The notes beneath the pieces are model-generated. The model ran no database searches. It was not told the origin of the DNA and saw only the letters and a program-made list of their open reading frames with translations. The position numbers and the translations under genes are program-made. 64,000 nt of DNA from the human T2T-CHM13v2.0 reference genome, Homo sapiens, in NCBI RefSeq assembly GCF_009914755.1, contig NC_060926.1, one strand, 5' to 3'. Position 1 is the stretch's first letter; every line of letters begins with the position of its first letter. This document shows positions 33,097-52,194 of this stretch, piece after piece.

Positions 33097-34915
33097 GTAT
33101 CCTTTCTGAATCTGAGCCAGAAGTGGGAACGGGGATGTTATTTGTGAATGGTATGCATTGTGAAGCAGGCTCCTTTACCAGATGTGTATTTTTTGGTTAA
33201 ACTAAAAAAAAAAAAAAAAAAAATCCCAAATGCAAACGTGTCCATGTACACCAGAGATGCCCTCAGTACAGCCCCTGCTGCTCCTCCGAGACCAGCATGC
33301 CCTGGGCGGTGCCAGCAGGCCGAGTGGAAGGCAGATCGGTAGAGTCCACCCCTGCTAAGAGCAGCATCGTCCAACTGCATTAGTTCATGTGAGACATTTC
33401 TTCCTGCCCTGATAATGTCCTCCGAGGATTGGAAGCAATAATAATGAGAGTATCCGGCGCCTCTCAAGACGTTAGCTTAGAGGCTAAACCTTGAGGTCTG
33501 AGGGGCAGTTGTTGGCCCAGAGGCTTGCAGTGGGAGCCTGGTCAGCTCAGAGACCTGTTCCTGCTCAGTGGCACTTCCTGTGAATGAGGGTGAGGCTTCA
33601 TTTCAGTTCTCTTTGTAAAGACTCACTAGTTGAACGTCACACTCCTTAAAAAGCCAGGAGAGTGTTTTTTTTTTTTTGTTTCATTTTTGGTTTTTATTTT
33701 GAGACGGTCTCGCTCTGTGGCCTAGGCTGGGTTGCAGTGGTGGGATCAAAGCTCACTGCAGCCTTGACCTCCTCGGTCAAGCTTGATTGCCTTGATCAAG
33801 TGATCCTCCTGCCTCAGCCTCCCGAGTAGCTTGGACTATTGAAGAATGCCACCACACCCAGTTAATTTTTAAATTTTTTGTAGATACGGGGTCTCACTAT
33901 GTTGCCCAAGTTACAAGATGTTTTAACCTTTTTTTTAAGAGACAGGGTCTCACTATGTCACCCAGGCTGGAGTGCAGTGGCTGGATTAGAGCTCACTGCA
34001 GCCTTGAACTTCTGGGGCCAAGGAATCTTCCCGCCTCAGCCTCCTGAGTAGCTGGAGCTACAGGTGCATGCTACTATGCCCAGCTAATTAAAAAACATTT
34101 TTTTTAGAGATTGGGTCCTGGTATGTTACCCAGACTAGTCTTGAACTCCCGGACTCAAGCGATCTTTCCACCTTGGCTTTCCAAAGTGCTGGGATTACAG
34201 GCATGAGCTGCCACTTCTGGCCCAAGAAAGTGTTTTGAATGGCACTAGCTGTCAGCCTGTCCTGCCACATCTGTGAAATGGCTTGAGCTGTTTCTTCCCA
34301 TGCCCTCTTCAGAGTGGAGGAAGGAGGGCAGAGCCAGGCCTGTGGCCCGCAGGCCATGAGAATGTGGGTGTGGAGTGGTGGGAAGCAGTTGGCCTGGAGC
34401 CAGACAGGACAGGTCCCTGCCACCACAGGGGTGGCTTCAGCATACACCATAAACTGTGCGTCCCCCATCTGTGACATGGGATCATAATGCCTATGTTTTA
34501 GGGTTACTGTAAGAGCTAGAAGTACCAGAAACACAGTCAAGCAGAGTAAATGACAGGGCCATTGTGGTGGTTTTACTAGAGGCGAGGCTCTGCAGCCTGT
34601 GTCTATGGAGGGAGCTGGGTTCTGGCTGAGTCCTGACCCTCTGCTGTTTCCCCGAGTGGCAAGCTCTGCTGCCTCAGTTTCTGTCTGCGGAAAGAGGGAT
34701 CGCACAGCTGTACTGCACCTCAACACTTCACGGTCAGTCCCAGCTGGTTAAAGGTTTTGGTAAACAGTACTTTGAAGATGAAAAGAGTTACATAATTTAC
34801 TTTTGAAATAAAATGCAACAGCTTTGTGAAGATAGTGAGGCTGCAGATTAGAAAATTTGGGTGCTGGTGGCACTGGGAGATACCACATGGCTGGATGCTG
34901 ATGGCGAGTCTGTAG

Positions 34916-35213
<298 letters not shown>

Positions 35214-36605
35214 TAGCCAGGATGGTTTCGATCTCCTGACCTCGTGATCCACCTGCCTCAGCCTCCCAAAGTGCTGGGATTACAGGCGTGAGCCACCGTG
35301 CCCGGCCTAATGAATACTTTTAAATATTGCTTGGGATATACTTCTACTGATAATTATTGGCCAGGTGTAGCGGCTCATGCCTATAATCCCAGTGTGTTGG
35401 GTGGTCGAAGTGGGAGGATCATTTGAGGCCAGGAGTTTGAGACTAGCCTGGGCAACATAGTGGGATTCCCTAGCGCTCCAAAAATATAAGAGAAAAAATG
35501 AGCCATGTGTGGTGTCTCATACCTGTCATCCCAGCTACTTGGGGAAAGTTACTTGTTTTCGACCTGAAATTAAAATTTAACTGGGTGTCCTGTACTTTTA
35601 TTTGTGAAATCTGGCAACCCTACAAATAAATCATCTGTAGGATCTCAGGAGCTCCTACTATTGGTCAAATTTTATAAAATGTATATTCAGAATACACAGA
35701 ATGAGGTGGGATAGAACAGAATTGGTGGGGGGAGGAGTCACAAAAATTAGATTTAAAAATTGAGTTAGTGTTTTAAAAACAGGATTCTATCCAGCCAGCT
35801 TCGAGCTACCTTCTGGTGTTGATCAGGCTGTGAGTATTTAGTTCCACTGACTTTTAGCACAGGGCATTGTCTGTTTCAATATCTTCATTTAATTAATGTT
35901 TGAAATTATAATAACAGCAGTCTCTTGAGTCGGTGCTACGTGCTTGTAGGCATTTTACAGATAAGCAAATCAAGGTGGAAAGATGGAAAGTGACTTGCCC
36001 AAGGGCACTCCAGAGACTCTTGGCTGTCCCCTTCCAGCCCTGGCCGCTGTCTCCTGGGTGCTTGTTCAGCTCCCTAGCTGGCCTCTATTCCCGTGGCGTC
36101 ACCGAGCTCGGTGCACATGCCTGACTTCCAGCATTGCCCACCCCAGCTGTATCATTTTTACAGTGGAGTTTGTGGGGAAAGGTGGAAGTCAGTAAACAGA
36201 AATTCACATCACAGCAATTTTGCAGAACATTCCTGCTTTATAATGTTGGACTTCTCCTTTAAGTGCTTAGCTTTTGACCATAAATCAGAGAAGTCTGCAT
36301 GGTCTAGAATTCAGTGGGCAGTGAAACCACTAGGAATGTTCCCAATCCTAGGGAGCAGTCCATGAGCGTGGGTGTCTTTGTATTTCTCTTCTGTAACCTG
36401 TTTTCGTTCTTTTGAATTCTGAGCAGGTGTTCACTTGCGACCCTTTTCGTCCCTTCCAAATCCGGCAGGTTCTGGTAGCATGTCCTCCCCTCCCACCCAC
36501 CTGGCTTCTGCGTGCCGCTGTCTGTGGTCTTGGTTTGTATATGTGAGATGGGAGGGTGGCGCGGATGTGGGTGACCCACTGCTGTGTCCCTTAGCACTTG
36601 GTAAG

Positions 36606-36663
36606 ATTGGTGTCTTCTTGGTTCATCCTTGCCCTGCAGAAGTGGATCATAGACCTGGCCATG
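36606..36663 (+). CDS. SLC66A3: SLC66A3 exon 4 (V-LVSSWFILALQKWIIDLAM)
   Basis: AG at 36604-36605 is preceded by a U12-like branch CCTTAGC. Donor ATG|GTAAGT. 58 nt. Confidence 0.92.
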
Positions 36664-36727
36664 GTAAGTATTATGCTTGAAAAGAAAGTAGGAGGAATAA
36701 GCTACCTTGGAGAGAACTTGATAGATA

Positions 36728-36760
<33 letters not shown>

Positions 36761-36762
36761 GA

Positions 36763-38433
<1,671 letters not shown>

Positions 38434-39637
38434 CCCAGCTAATTTTTGTATTTTTAGTAGAGACAGGGTTTCACTGTGTTGGCCAGGCTGGTCTCGAACT
38501 CCTGACCTCAGATGATCCACACGCCTCGGCCTCCCAAAGTGCTGGGATTACAGGTGTGAGCCACGGCAGCTGGCCACTAGCAGTTTTAGAATGAAGAATT
38601 GAGCATCAGTTAACTAGCTTCTTCTTAGGTTCATAATGGCATGTTGGCCTTGTCCTGGAGAGGGGCTGACTTTTTTTCATACTTGGCTCAGGGCCGAAAA
38701 TTTCCAAGGGCTCCTGAGGGTGGTTCAGGATGTGTTTGACCACAGACCTCTCCAAGGTGACAGAAGTGAACGTTTCTACCCAACGAGAAAAGGAGGAGAA
38801 CTAACTGGTGGTCACAGGGCACTGCCTGCCACACGCAGACTCATGAATTTCTTTCCCCTTTCCCCCAACATCTTGTCTGGAAAGTAGACTAGATTCTCTG
38901 TTACATTTCTGTTACATTTCAACCCTGTGACTTGGGAGAGCAAATAAGTAGGGTTGCCATATTAACAAGGAACACTTTTTCAGTACGTGTATGTCCAAAA
39001 TACTGCATGGGTCGAGGTGGGGTGGCTCACGTCTGGAATCTCAGCACCTTGGGAGGCCGAGGCAGGCAGATGACCTGAGGTCAGGAGTTGGAGGCCAGCC
39101 TGGCCAACAGGCGAAACCCTGTTCTCTACTAAAAGAAAATACAAAAATTAGCCATGCATGGTGGCGGGCACCTGTAATCCCAGCTACTTGGGAGACTGAG
39201 TCAGGAGAATCGCTTCAACCCCGGAGGCGGAGCTTGCAGTGAGCCAGGATCACGCCACTGCACTCCAGCCTGGGTGACAGAGCGAGACTGCATCTCAAAA
39301 AACAAACAAAATATTGCATGGGACATACTTGTACTAAAACATTATTTGTTGTTGTTCTGAAATTTAAATTTAACTAGATGTCCTGTATTTTTGTTTGCCA
39401 ACTCTCACAACCCTGTAAATGAGCCATCTCTATGTTCTCAGTAGGTCTTACTACTGATGAGTTGGGGTGGTTCTAGTTCTATTAGCCCCCATACAGCAGC
39501 TGTGAGCCTTCACCCCTGAGGAAACATCCTTCTAGCAGTGTTGAGATACAGGCTTGTCAAGAATGGAGGGATGTGGTGGCTCATGCCTGTTATCCCAGAG
39601 CTTTGGGAGGCCGAGGCGTGCAGATCACCTGAGGTCA

Positions 39638-39880
<243 letters not shown>

Positions 39881-42122
39881 TCAAGGGCAACAACAGCTTT
39901 TAGGTGTTTGTTCTGTGCCCTTAGCAGTAGTCATCTATTCTAACTATAACATTGATGATATAACATTTCATGGAATATAATTTTGATTCTTTCCTTTATC
40001 ATGCAAGGGCTGAACACCAGGCTCCGTGCTGTGTCTGCCCATAGCCCTCCTTCACTGACTCAATGAGTGTTCCTCACGCACCTGCTCTGAGGTACCAGGG
40101 TCCGGGGCACAAGGTGGCCCAGATCTGAGGGTCGTGGAGCCCCAGTGCAGGAGAACGAGCAGGGCCTTCAGAGCTCACACATGGTAGCAAAACCCCAGAA
40201 TCCTAGAGAGGAGCGGGTGCTGCTTGAATCAGTGGAAAACCTCCATTGTAGAATGTTCCATTTTTTTGGCTTTCAAATGCAGGTACCCGAGATCGTTCCC
40301 CCAGAGGTCCTAAACTGTGCTTTCATGGTTAAATTGATAATTCATATACTCATAGTTTATTCACAAGAAAATGATTAAAGTACTTAAAAATGATCTGCAA
40401 GGCCGGGTGCGGTGGCTCACGCCTGTGATCCCAGCACTCTGGGAGGCCGAGACGGGCGGATCACAAGGTCAGGAGATCAAGACCATCCTGGCTAACACGG
40501 TGAAACCTCGTCTCTACTAAAAATATATAAAAAAAAATTAGCCGGGTGTGGTGGCGGGCACCTGTAGTCCCAGCTACTCAGGAGGGTGAGGCAGGAGAAT
40601 GGCGTGAACCCGGGAGGCAGAGGTTGCAGTGAGCCAAGATTGAGCCACTGCACTCCAGCCTGGGTGACAGCAAGACTCTGTCTGAAAAAAAAAAAAAAGC
40701 TCTCCGTGACAGCTAAGCATCCCTTCTTTCCAATCCTGTTCCTGGATTAGACTGTTTTACAGAAAAACTTCATAGTCTCCAATTGAATTAATGTGATAAG
40801 ACATTCCAGGGCTTGGTTGGGGCCCAAACCAACACTACTTCAGGACTGTAAAAATAGCTTTGTTCCTGAAAGATGAATCTGGTAGAATATCTAGCAGGCA
40901 AGCTTGTGTTTAACACGAGTGTGTTGTAATGTGGTCTGGGACCCTGATGTGTGTGAACAAAGCCAGCTTCCCCAGCTCTTCCCATTCCGCACCGACTCCT
41001 CGCCACCCCGCCGAGCCTGTGTTCTGGCTGGTTCTCTGGTGCGAGCCCTCCCCTGCAGTCCTCCCTCCTCTGCTCTGTCCAGGTCTCCTGATTGCACAAG
41101 AGCCCCTCTCCTCACAGGTCTCCCTGCCTGGGGCCAGCCATCCTCCGAGCATCTGCACCCAGCTCTCAGGGTGACTTTAGTCCTGCCACAGGCCTGACCA
41201 CAGGTTCTTGGTCAACTCCTCTGCCCAAGAGCACTCCCTGCGGTTCCCTTCTCCATAATTCCTTTTTTTTTTCTTGTGAGACAGAGTCTGACCCTGTTGT
41301 TCAGGCTAGAGTGCAGTGGTGTGATCTCGGCTCACTGCAACCTCTGCCTTCTGGGTTCAAATGATTCTTGTGCCTGAGCCTCCTGAGTAGCTGGGACCAC
41401 AGGCACACGCCACCACGCCTGGCTAATTTTTATATTTTTTGTAGAGATGGGGTTTCACCATGTTGGTCAGGCTGGTCTCGAACTCCTGGCCTCAAGTGAT
41501 CCTCCTGCCTTGGCCTCCCGAAGTGCTGGGATTACAGGCTTGAGCCACTGCACCCTGCCTCCCTTCTCCATAATTCTTCCTTGTCCAAGTGACGCCTTCT
41601 CTCCTCCCAAGTCATCCTGGATGCACCTTTATCATCACGTTTGCCAGACTGCATTATTATTAAGGATTTATTCCCTCAGCAAGGATTTGTTGAGTGCCGG
41701 CCAGGTGCCAGCACTGTCACAGGTCCTGGGGACCCAGCAGGAAACAGACCGAGTGTTCCCCATGAGCTTTCCTTCTCCAGGGGAGACAGAAGGTAAACAA
41801 GCTGCTCTTGTCAAGGCCAGCGGCTTTCATTCGCGCCAGAGCCTGTGGCCAGTTCTCATTCCTCTTCTTCATTCATATCTCGGTAGCTTTTGACACCATC
41901 GATCAGGACTCCTTCTTGAATCACTGCCCACCGGGCTTCCAGGAAGCCGTGCTCCCCAGTGTCCCTTCCCCTTGATCCTTTCTGTGTCCTTGCTGGTTCC
42001 TCCTCAGCTCCCTGACTTCCGTGTTCCCAGGGCTCCAGCACACACCGCACAGCCAACCACTGGCTACCCTTGCCTGACGACTGAGCCTCTCCAACCTCGC
42101 GTGTCCAGAACTGGGTTTCTGA

Positions 42123-42476
<354 letters not shown>

Positions 42477-42977
42477 TGATCTGCCCGCCTCGGCCTCCCA
42501 AAGTAGTGGGATTACGGCGTCAGCCACTGTGCCCAGCCAGATTTCTCTTTTTGCCACATCCCATTACCACTCCCTCAGCAAATCCTGTTGGCTTTGCCTT
42601 TGAAATATATCCGGAACCTGAACACTTCTCACCTCGTCTGTTTCTACTGCCCTCGTACAAACCCAGGTGACTGCACTAGCCTAACTGGTCTCCCAGGTGT
42701 CACCTTGTCTCCCTTCGGTCTACACTCAACCCAGAGACTGGAGTTTCAGCTGCTGAAGAGGCTGATGCTGGCAGGGCTGGTGGTGGTCAGCGTCGAGGAT
42801 GCTGTGCAGAGCAGCAGGCTTATTTGTGAGGATCTCTTACCTCACTGTATAGCAGAGGCCTGAGCGCACCACCACACAGACTATCAGAATAGCCAGAAAT
42901 TCAGGGCTGAGGTGCCGCGGCTTGCTGCTGGAGTTTGTTTGTCAGTTCAGAACAGCATAGATTTCCCCAAGCTCTAA

Positions 42978-43172
<195 letters not shown>

Positions 43173-43395
43173 TAGTAGAGACGGGGTTTCACCATGTTGG
43201 CCAGGCTGGTCTCAAACTCCTGACCTTGTGATTCGTCCGCCTCAGCCTCCCAAAGTGCTGGGATTACAGGCCTGAGCCACCGCACCTGGCTCCTCAGTAC
43301 TTACTTCTCATTGGAGGTGTAGATAGATGAACCTCTGTGGCCAAGCATTGATTCTTTCTCATTCCCAACTTCAAACTAGCTCTGGCCATTAGTTA

Positions 43396-43931
<536 letters not shown>

Positions 43932-43935
43932 CTGA

Positions 43936-44176
<241 letters not shown>

Positions 44177-44327
44177 TAGCCAGGATGGTCTCGATCTCCT
44201 GACCTCATGATCTGCCTGCCTCGGCCTCCCAAAGTGCTGGAATTACAGGTGTGAGCCACCGCACCTGGCCTCTTTTGCTTTTTTAACAAATCGACTCGTG
44301 ACTTTCTCACATTTTATCTGCAAACAG

Positions 44328-44448
44328 AATCTATGTACTTTCATCAGCGCGGCCAGTAAGTTTGCACAGCTCCAGTGTCTGTGGAAGACGAGAGACTCAG
44401 GAACTGTGAGTGCGCTGACTTGGAGCCTCTCTTCCTATACCTGTGCAA
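44328..44448 (+). CDS. SLC66A3: SLC66A3 exon 5 (NLCTFISAASKFAQLQ...SSYTCA + A)
   Basis: Acceptor AAACAG|AAT, donor CAA|GTAAGA. Carries the second, degenerate PQ-loop (KFAQL). 121 nt. Confidence 0.95.
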
Positions 44449-45109
44449 GTAAGAACCGGACTCACATGGTGGGGAGGCCTTTGGTAGCACCAAGTGTCTA
44501 CGTAGTAGGGTGTTAAGTTGGTGTTGAAGTAACATGGTCCCTGGCGCTTTACTACTTTACAAATGGCTACTCAGCTAGAACCTCCTAAGTGTATCCATGT
44601 TTACAAAGATGATTTAATGCAAACTGCTCTCCATTTTCTGTAAAATCCAAGTTGCCAAGAAAAAAAAAAGTGAAAGCCTATTTTTCTCCAAAAACCTGGC
44701 CTGATATTAATTAGCTCTGTCTTCTTTGAAAGGATAAAGAGGTTGATTATATTGAATGTACTAATTTATCTTAAGAATTTGAATATAACAGGTTTTAAAA
44801 TATGAAAATCATACAGTGGCTTTTGAGAATGAATGAAATGTGTAGTGATGGAGATTTTCGGCAGCCACATTGTTTGGTCTCAACTTTAGAATTTTCACTC
44901 TTCATTTGGATTCTTACAAAAACTACCTAAAATACATATATGGTATATGTAGGTAGAAACATTTTTATAATTCAGAGCTATCACATTAGTTGGATTTACT
45001 AGTTTTAGATATTTTAAGTAGACTTCATCATGGTTCTTCTGCATCTTAAAGGGCTAATGTCTCCATCCATGGTTGCTGGTCTTTATATTCAACAAGTTAC
45101 TTGTCTTAA

Positions 45110-45779
<670 letters not shown>

Positions 45780-46325
45780 TAACCCTTGTCAGATGTGTGG
45801 TTATTAACAGCCTTTTAAAAAGTTTGTCTGAGAGTCCTTTGTTGGCCGCCTTCCTAACTGAAGTCTTCTGTCTACTTATATGATTGAATTCTTTTATTTA
45901 AATGATGATTTAATCAACAACTATTTATGTGGTGTCTGTGTGTAAAGTCTTGGTTTATCAAATGTGTCAACAAAACATTTTATAGGATTTGGCCTCTGCC
46001 CTTCAGGGGCTTGCAGTTTAGTTGGAAGGTAGACCAAAAAACTTCTATGTCAATATGTGCTAAATGCAGAATGTGTTAGCAGAGAGTTTTGACAGGCTGG
46101 TTTTGGGCTAGGAAAGGCATGCCTTGAGCTGCAGGCAGTGGTCTTCTCTAACTCCCAAGTCACGCCACTCCCTGCTCTTGTGTGTCGGTTTAAACTGTTA
46201 CTCCAATTTCCTAAATGTTTACTAAGTAAAGGGCTATGGCACACAAATAAACTAAACAAAATAGTTCTAGTTAGACCCTTGGAAAAATCTTCCCCTTTTC
46301 TGGGCCTCAGTCTGTTTATCTATAA

Positions 46326-46639
<314 letters not shown>

Positions 46640-46878
46640 TGAGCCACTGTGCCTGGCCAAAACATTGTTTTTAATTAGTGGGAGCCTTTCTTTAAATAAA
46701 ACTACCCAGATGCTCAATTTGTAAATGAGAGTTGCTTTTGGAGGGTTGGGGGTTGCAGGTTAGCACAGAGACAGTGGAAGGGAGCTCAGTCTCTCCGGCC
46801 TTCCGCAGGCAGCGCTCGAGTACCTTCTAGGTACCTTCCCTCATGAGCAGTTTCAAAACCATTGGGCCATTGGGGTAG

Positions 46879-47130
<252 letters not shown>

Positions 47131-47370
47131 TGACCTCAGGTGATCCGGCATGGCTAGTTTTTATGTAATTATGAAATACAGCACTATTTGGTTTTCTGTA
47201 CTACCAAACTCTGTCAAGAATAGTTAATATATGTTGTTAAAAAAAGAATAAAAATAATTTAAAAATAATGGTTAATATATATTGGGATATTAAAAGGGAA
47301 AGACATTATTAGCTAAGCCCCAAAATGTCCGAGAGGCAAGTTACTTATTGCTGCAAGTTTTCTTTTACAG

Positions 47371-47412
47371 CAAGAATAATCACAACCTTAATGACCACCA
47401 ATGATTTTACAA
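47371..47412 (+). CDS. SLC66A3: SLC66A3 exon 6 (T-RIITTLMTTNDFT + A), symmetric phase 1-1, 42 nt
   Basis: Acceptor TTTTCTTTTACAG|C, donor CAA|GTAAGC. Confidence 0.93.
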
Positions 47413-48594
47413 GTAAGCAAAATATCTTCTCACTTCCTTTTTGAGTTTTGTGCTATTTGTGTCTCCTTCATTTGTAAACTGTCTTAGGGTTTAATGGATG
47501 GACTTGGCTCTGTTGGATTATAGATTTAGAAGATGGCAACAATGTATTCCTAGTCTTATTGGTCACCATTTTTATTGTTAAGCCTCTCCTTCTTATAGTA
47601 CAGGGGATAGACTATGCACAAGACAATAGATTCCTATCTCCATGGAACTTCCACTTAAGCAGTGGAATTGGACATGAGGTAATCACACAATTCCCTATTG
47701 AATTCTAATGGGACATGGTTTGGAAGAGTAGGGCAGGATGAGCATCTAAGGAGAACCTGGCCTAGTTTGCAGGAGTTGGGCAGATTAATTTGAAGAAGAG
47801 TGATCGTAAGGATGAGTAGAGGTTTAGCCAGAGGAAAGGATGTGGGCGGAGGCCAGACTCTTAACAAGGAGCAGCATTGTGAAGGTCATGAGCGAAGGAC
47901 AAAGGGCTAGAGTGCGGAGAGCAGGGGGACAGTGACAAGCGGGTTTCAGGAGAGGAAGGATGCGAGACTGGCAGTGGCCCAAGTATCCAGGGCCTACAAG
48001 AACTGCCTACAAAACAGTAGGAAGGCTCTGGAGGCTTTGAAGCAGGGAAGTGGTGTCACCAATGGACTATGTTTTTGTTCTGTTTCTTTAAAAGAAAAAG
48101 CTGTCATGGAGGAGGAAATACTATGGTTAACCACAAAAGAATTTAGTAATTCCTTAGGCTGTTTTCAACTCCCAAATCAAGCATATATTATACATCTTTG
48201 GAAAATGATTAGAACAGATGGTGTCACCTGTGAAGATCAGAAAATGTCCCCAGCATGTAGACCTTTTAAATGAGCTAATTATTATTTGAGAAATAGTGCT
48301 TCAGAACAGAGATATGTTTGTTAGTCTCTTCCTGGAGGTTATACCTTTGCTCGAATACTTTTTGTCAGCTCTGATGATAGGACTAAAATTGTTCTGGTCA
48401 AAGCATAAACTTTGATCAAGTGGGAAATGGGAAGGAAGACAGGCTTGGGTCTTTCCACAGGACTTGAATTCTCAGCATGGAAAGGAAAGTCAAACCACAA
48501 GTAAACAGCAAAACCTATACATTAGAAATTAAAAGATCAAGATTGTTCTAATTGTGATTTATTTCTTATCTATGACAGCTGTTCTTGAAAGTGA

Positions 48595-49245
<651 letters not shown>

Positions 49246-50144
49246 TTAAAAACAGTTCAGCTAAAATCTTACATGTGTTTTTCAAACACAAAGATATCAT
49301 CTTAAATCTCATTAAACCTATTTATCAGGAGTGTATCCGTACCTTAAAGTAGAAGTTAAGTCACTGTTAAAGTTATATATATTTATTTATTTATTTTTCC
49401 ACAAAGAGACACATTTTCATGGTTACTTGAATATAAAATATGCCTTGTCCTGTGGGCCAGTTTTTCAGGATGATCTTAACAGAGTATGTTAAACCACCCT
49501 TGCTTAACATGGAACGTTCTGAGACAGCAGCACCCTCAGGACGTCAGATGAGTAAAGGGATTTTTAAAAGTTATAACCCTTCTTAGGCTGGGCACAGTGG
49601 CTCACGCCTGTAATCCCAGCACTTTGGGAGGCCAAGGTGGGCAGATTACTTGAGGTCAGGAGTTTGAGACCAGCCTGGGCAACATGGTGAAACCCTGTCT
49701 CTACTAAAAATACAAAAAATAGCCAGGCGTGGTGGTGGGCACCTGTCATCCCAGGTGCCTGGGGGGCTGAGGCGGGAGAATCACTTGAACCCAGAAGGTG
49801 GAGGTTGCAGTGAGCCAAGACAGGCCACTGAACCCCAGCCTGGGTGACAGGGCAAGACTGTCTCAAAAAAAAAAAAAAAAAGTTAAAAGTTATAACCCTT
49901 CTTAGCCAGAGCCACATTACTGTCAATTGAGCACTTAAGATGATAAATTATTATTTATGAAGTTGGGCCAAGGGGCCAAAAATTGTCATGATAGGGAGAT
50001 CATTTCCCCAGAAATAACTGGAACCAAAATTGTTCATTTCGGAGGTTGGGGGTGAAGCTTTATTTAGGCTTATACTTTGAGCAGGAGGTGGTTTTGGTCT
50101 GTATTGTAAAGACAGTTTTTAATACACTTTTTTTTTTATTTCAG

Positions 50145-50236
50145 TTCTTCTACGTTTTGTGATCATGCTGGCTTTAAATATATGGGTAACAGTGACAGTA
50201 CTTCGCTACCGGAAGACCGCTATAAAGGCTGAATGA
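50145..50236 (+). CDS. SLC66A3: SLC66A3 exon 7 coding part (I-LLRFVIMLALNIWVTVTVLRYRKTAIKAE*)
   Basis: T-rich acceptor ending ATTTCAG|TT. Total CDS 143+83+70+58+121+42+92 = 609 nt, i.e. 202 aa plus stop. Confidence 0.95.
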
Positions 50237-51235
50237 TGGATACATTATTCCTTCACACAGTGGATTTTGAGTAACTGAACCAAAGGAAAAAGAAGCTCTT
50301 TGCTAAATTAAGGTCTTTTATAAATTTAGTAAATCAGTTTATAATCTTTAAAGCCAAAGGTTTTTTTAGACTTGAAAGAAAGAGCCACTTAAATTCTTGT
50401 TTAAAAATACCAATTTGCCTCCTCCTTCCTCACTTCGTTAGGTTATGGTAGTGCTCAGACATCTGCAGTGTTGAGAAGGCCAGTCACTGTTGGAAGTCAT
50501 CCAAGAAGCCCATTTTGAGCCTTACTCTTAAGTTCTCTATGAAGAACTACATTGATTTGTTGGCTTTCAGAATCTTTTAGGAAATAAATCCTCTCCAGGA
50601 CAAAAATGAACATGAATGGAGTGGCATTTTGTTCCAAGTCAGAGGTGGGCACCTATAATAAATGACTAGGGTTCACTTTCTGGGACTGATGTTTAATTGT
50701 AACACAGATACAACAGGGTGGCCTTGTTGTATATAATACGGTATTATACCTGCATGTGCTCTAGCAAGGATACCAAGGCAAGCATACATGTAGCTGGCTT
50801 GAGTTTGTACCAAAACAGTCCTTCAACTTTGCACTGTGCCTTAAGTAATTACTAACAAAAGGTACTAGGATTAGCTGCAATCTCTACTTTCGATGAGGAA
50901 ATCCCAGTAAGCTTTCTGATTCAAGTACAATGCTGCCATTTTTTAAAGGGCCACAACTATAGAATTACCACTGTTGGAATTTGGTACAAAATATGTTTTG
51001 TCTATTGAAAACATACACGGTAAATGGTGTTGTTAGGTAGGTTCTGTCCAGTTCTTAGGGACTTTTTTCACATTATAGCATTTTTACCCTAAACATGATG
51101 TTGAGATTATTATATACTGTATTTTCTTCTAAATTAACCCTAATGTTTAAAAACTCACTTTCCCCCTTTAATTGAAGGCATTGTTTTGTTAGATGCAGTA
51201 ATGATGTTTACCAGAGATTATTGTTTCCTATGCAA

Positions 51236-51241
51236 AATAAA
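51236..51241 (+). terminator. Probable SLC66A3 poly(A) signal AATAAA (proximal alternatives at 50583 and 50657)
   Basis: Canonical hexamer about 1 kb after the stop, followed by T-rich sequence. Confidence 0.7.
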
Positions 51242-52178
51242 TTTTCATATTTTGAATTCTGCTGAGTCTTAAAACTGTCAATCATTAATATGACTATTTT
51301 ATGTAAGGTATAGTTTTTAAACAAACTGGTTAATCCTTTTAGAACTACTGCTTGGGACCAACAGGAAGAGAAACATGGTATCTAAAGACAAAATTATTCA
51401 TTCTGTAGTTGTTAAAATTACAGATGTCATATTTTTAAACATGCAAGTTAATCTTTTTTCATTTGCAGTTATAATCTGACCATTAGCATCAATACAAATT
51501 ATATGATTTTTAGTCCAACAAATGTTTTATTTAGATAACATTAGTACTTTATCACTGCTTAAAGCAACTCCTTTAAGAGCATACTTAGGTGACAGGGTCT
51601 CTGTTTTTCCCCCTTTGTAAGGCAACAAACACTCGAGCCATCTCAGACATTCTACACACATCATACTTACTTAATCTGCCAGTGATCCTGTAAAGTAGAC
51701 ACAATCTATATCTCCATTTTACAGATGAAAACACGGAGGCTCAGAGTGAATAACCTGCCCAAGAGCACATAGCAAATAAGTGCCCTAGAAAAGGTTCCAC
51801 TGATTGCCAGAGAAACACTTTCTAGAAAATCACCTATCAATCAATCAGCACACTATTTCCTGACAAAACAGACATCCTGCCTCTTTTCCCTATCCTTACC
51901 AATTCAAATGAGTTTGTTCTATTATTTGCGTGCATCTTAAAACACCCAAATCAGATCAGAGACAGGCTCCTGGTTGAAATTTGGTATTTCTCCATGAATT
52001 AAATCATAGGGCAGAAGAATCACAAGTCTACAGCCTTAGTTCTAAGACTTATTTACTATCCTCATCCCACTGTTTATACCCATCTTATAGAGAAAGCAAA
52101 TGTTTTGGGTAAACTTTAGAAGGTTGCCGTATTCCAGGACTATTTCACAGGAGAAGTATGAAAATGCTTATGTCTCCA

Positions 52179-52194
52179 TTTATTTTATTTTATT
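52179..52194 (-). terminator. ROCK2 distal poly(A) signals: three overlapping AATAAA
   Basis: Plus strand TTTATTTTATTTTATT gives minus-strand AATAAA at 52179-52184, 52184-52189 and 52189-52194. Confidence 0.75.

Noticed and set aside
34088-34726. 212-aa minus-strand ORF in SLC66A3 intron 3
   Set aside because: Non-ATG start, runs through repeat-derived sequence and ends in an Alu.
50210-50236. Possible dilysine ER-retrieval signal at the SLC66A3 C-terminus (RKTAIKAE)
   Set aside because: Lysines at -3 and -7 do not fit KKxx or KxKxx.
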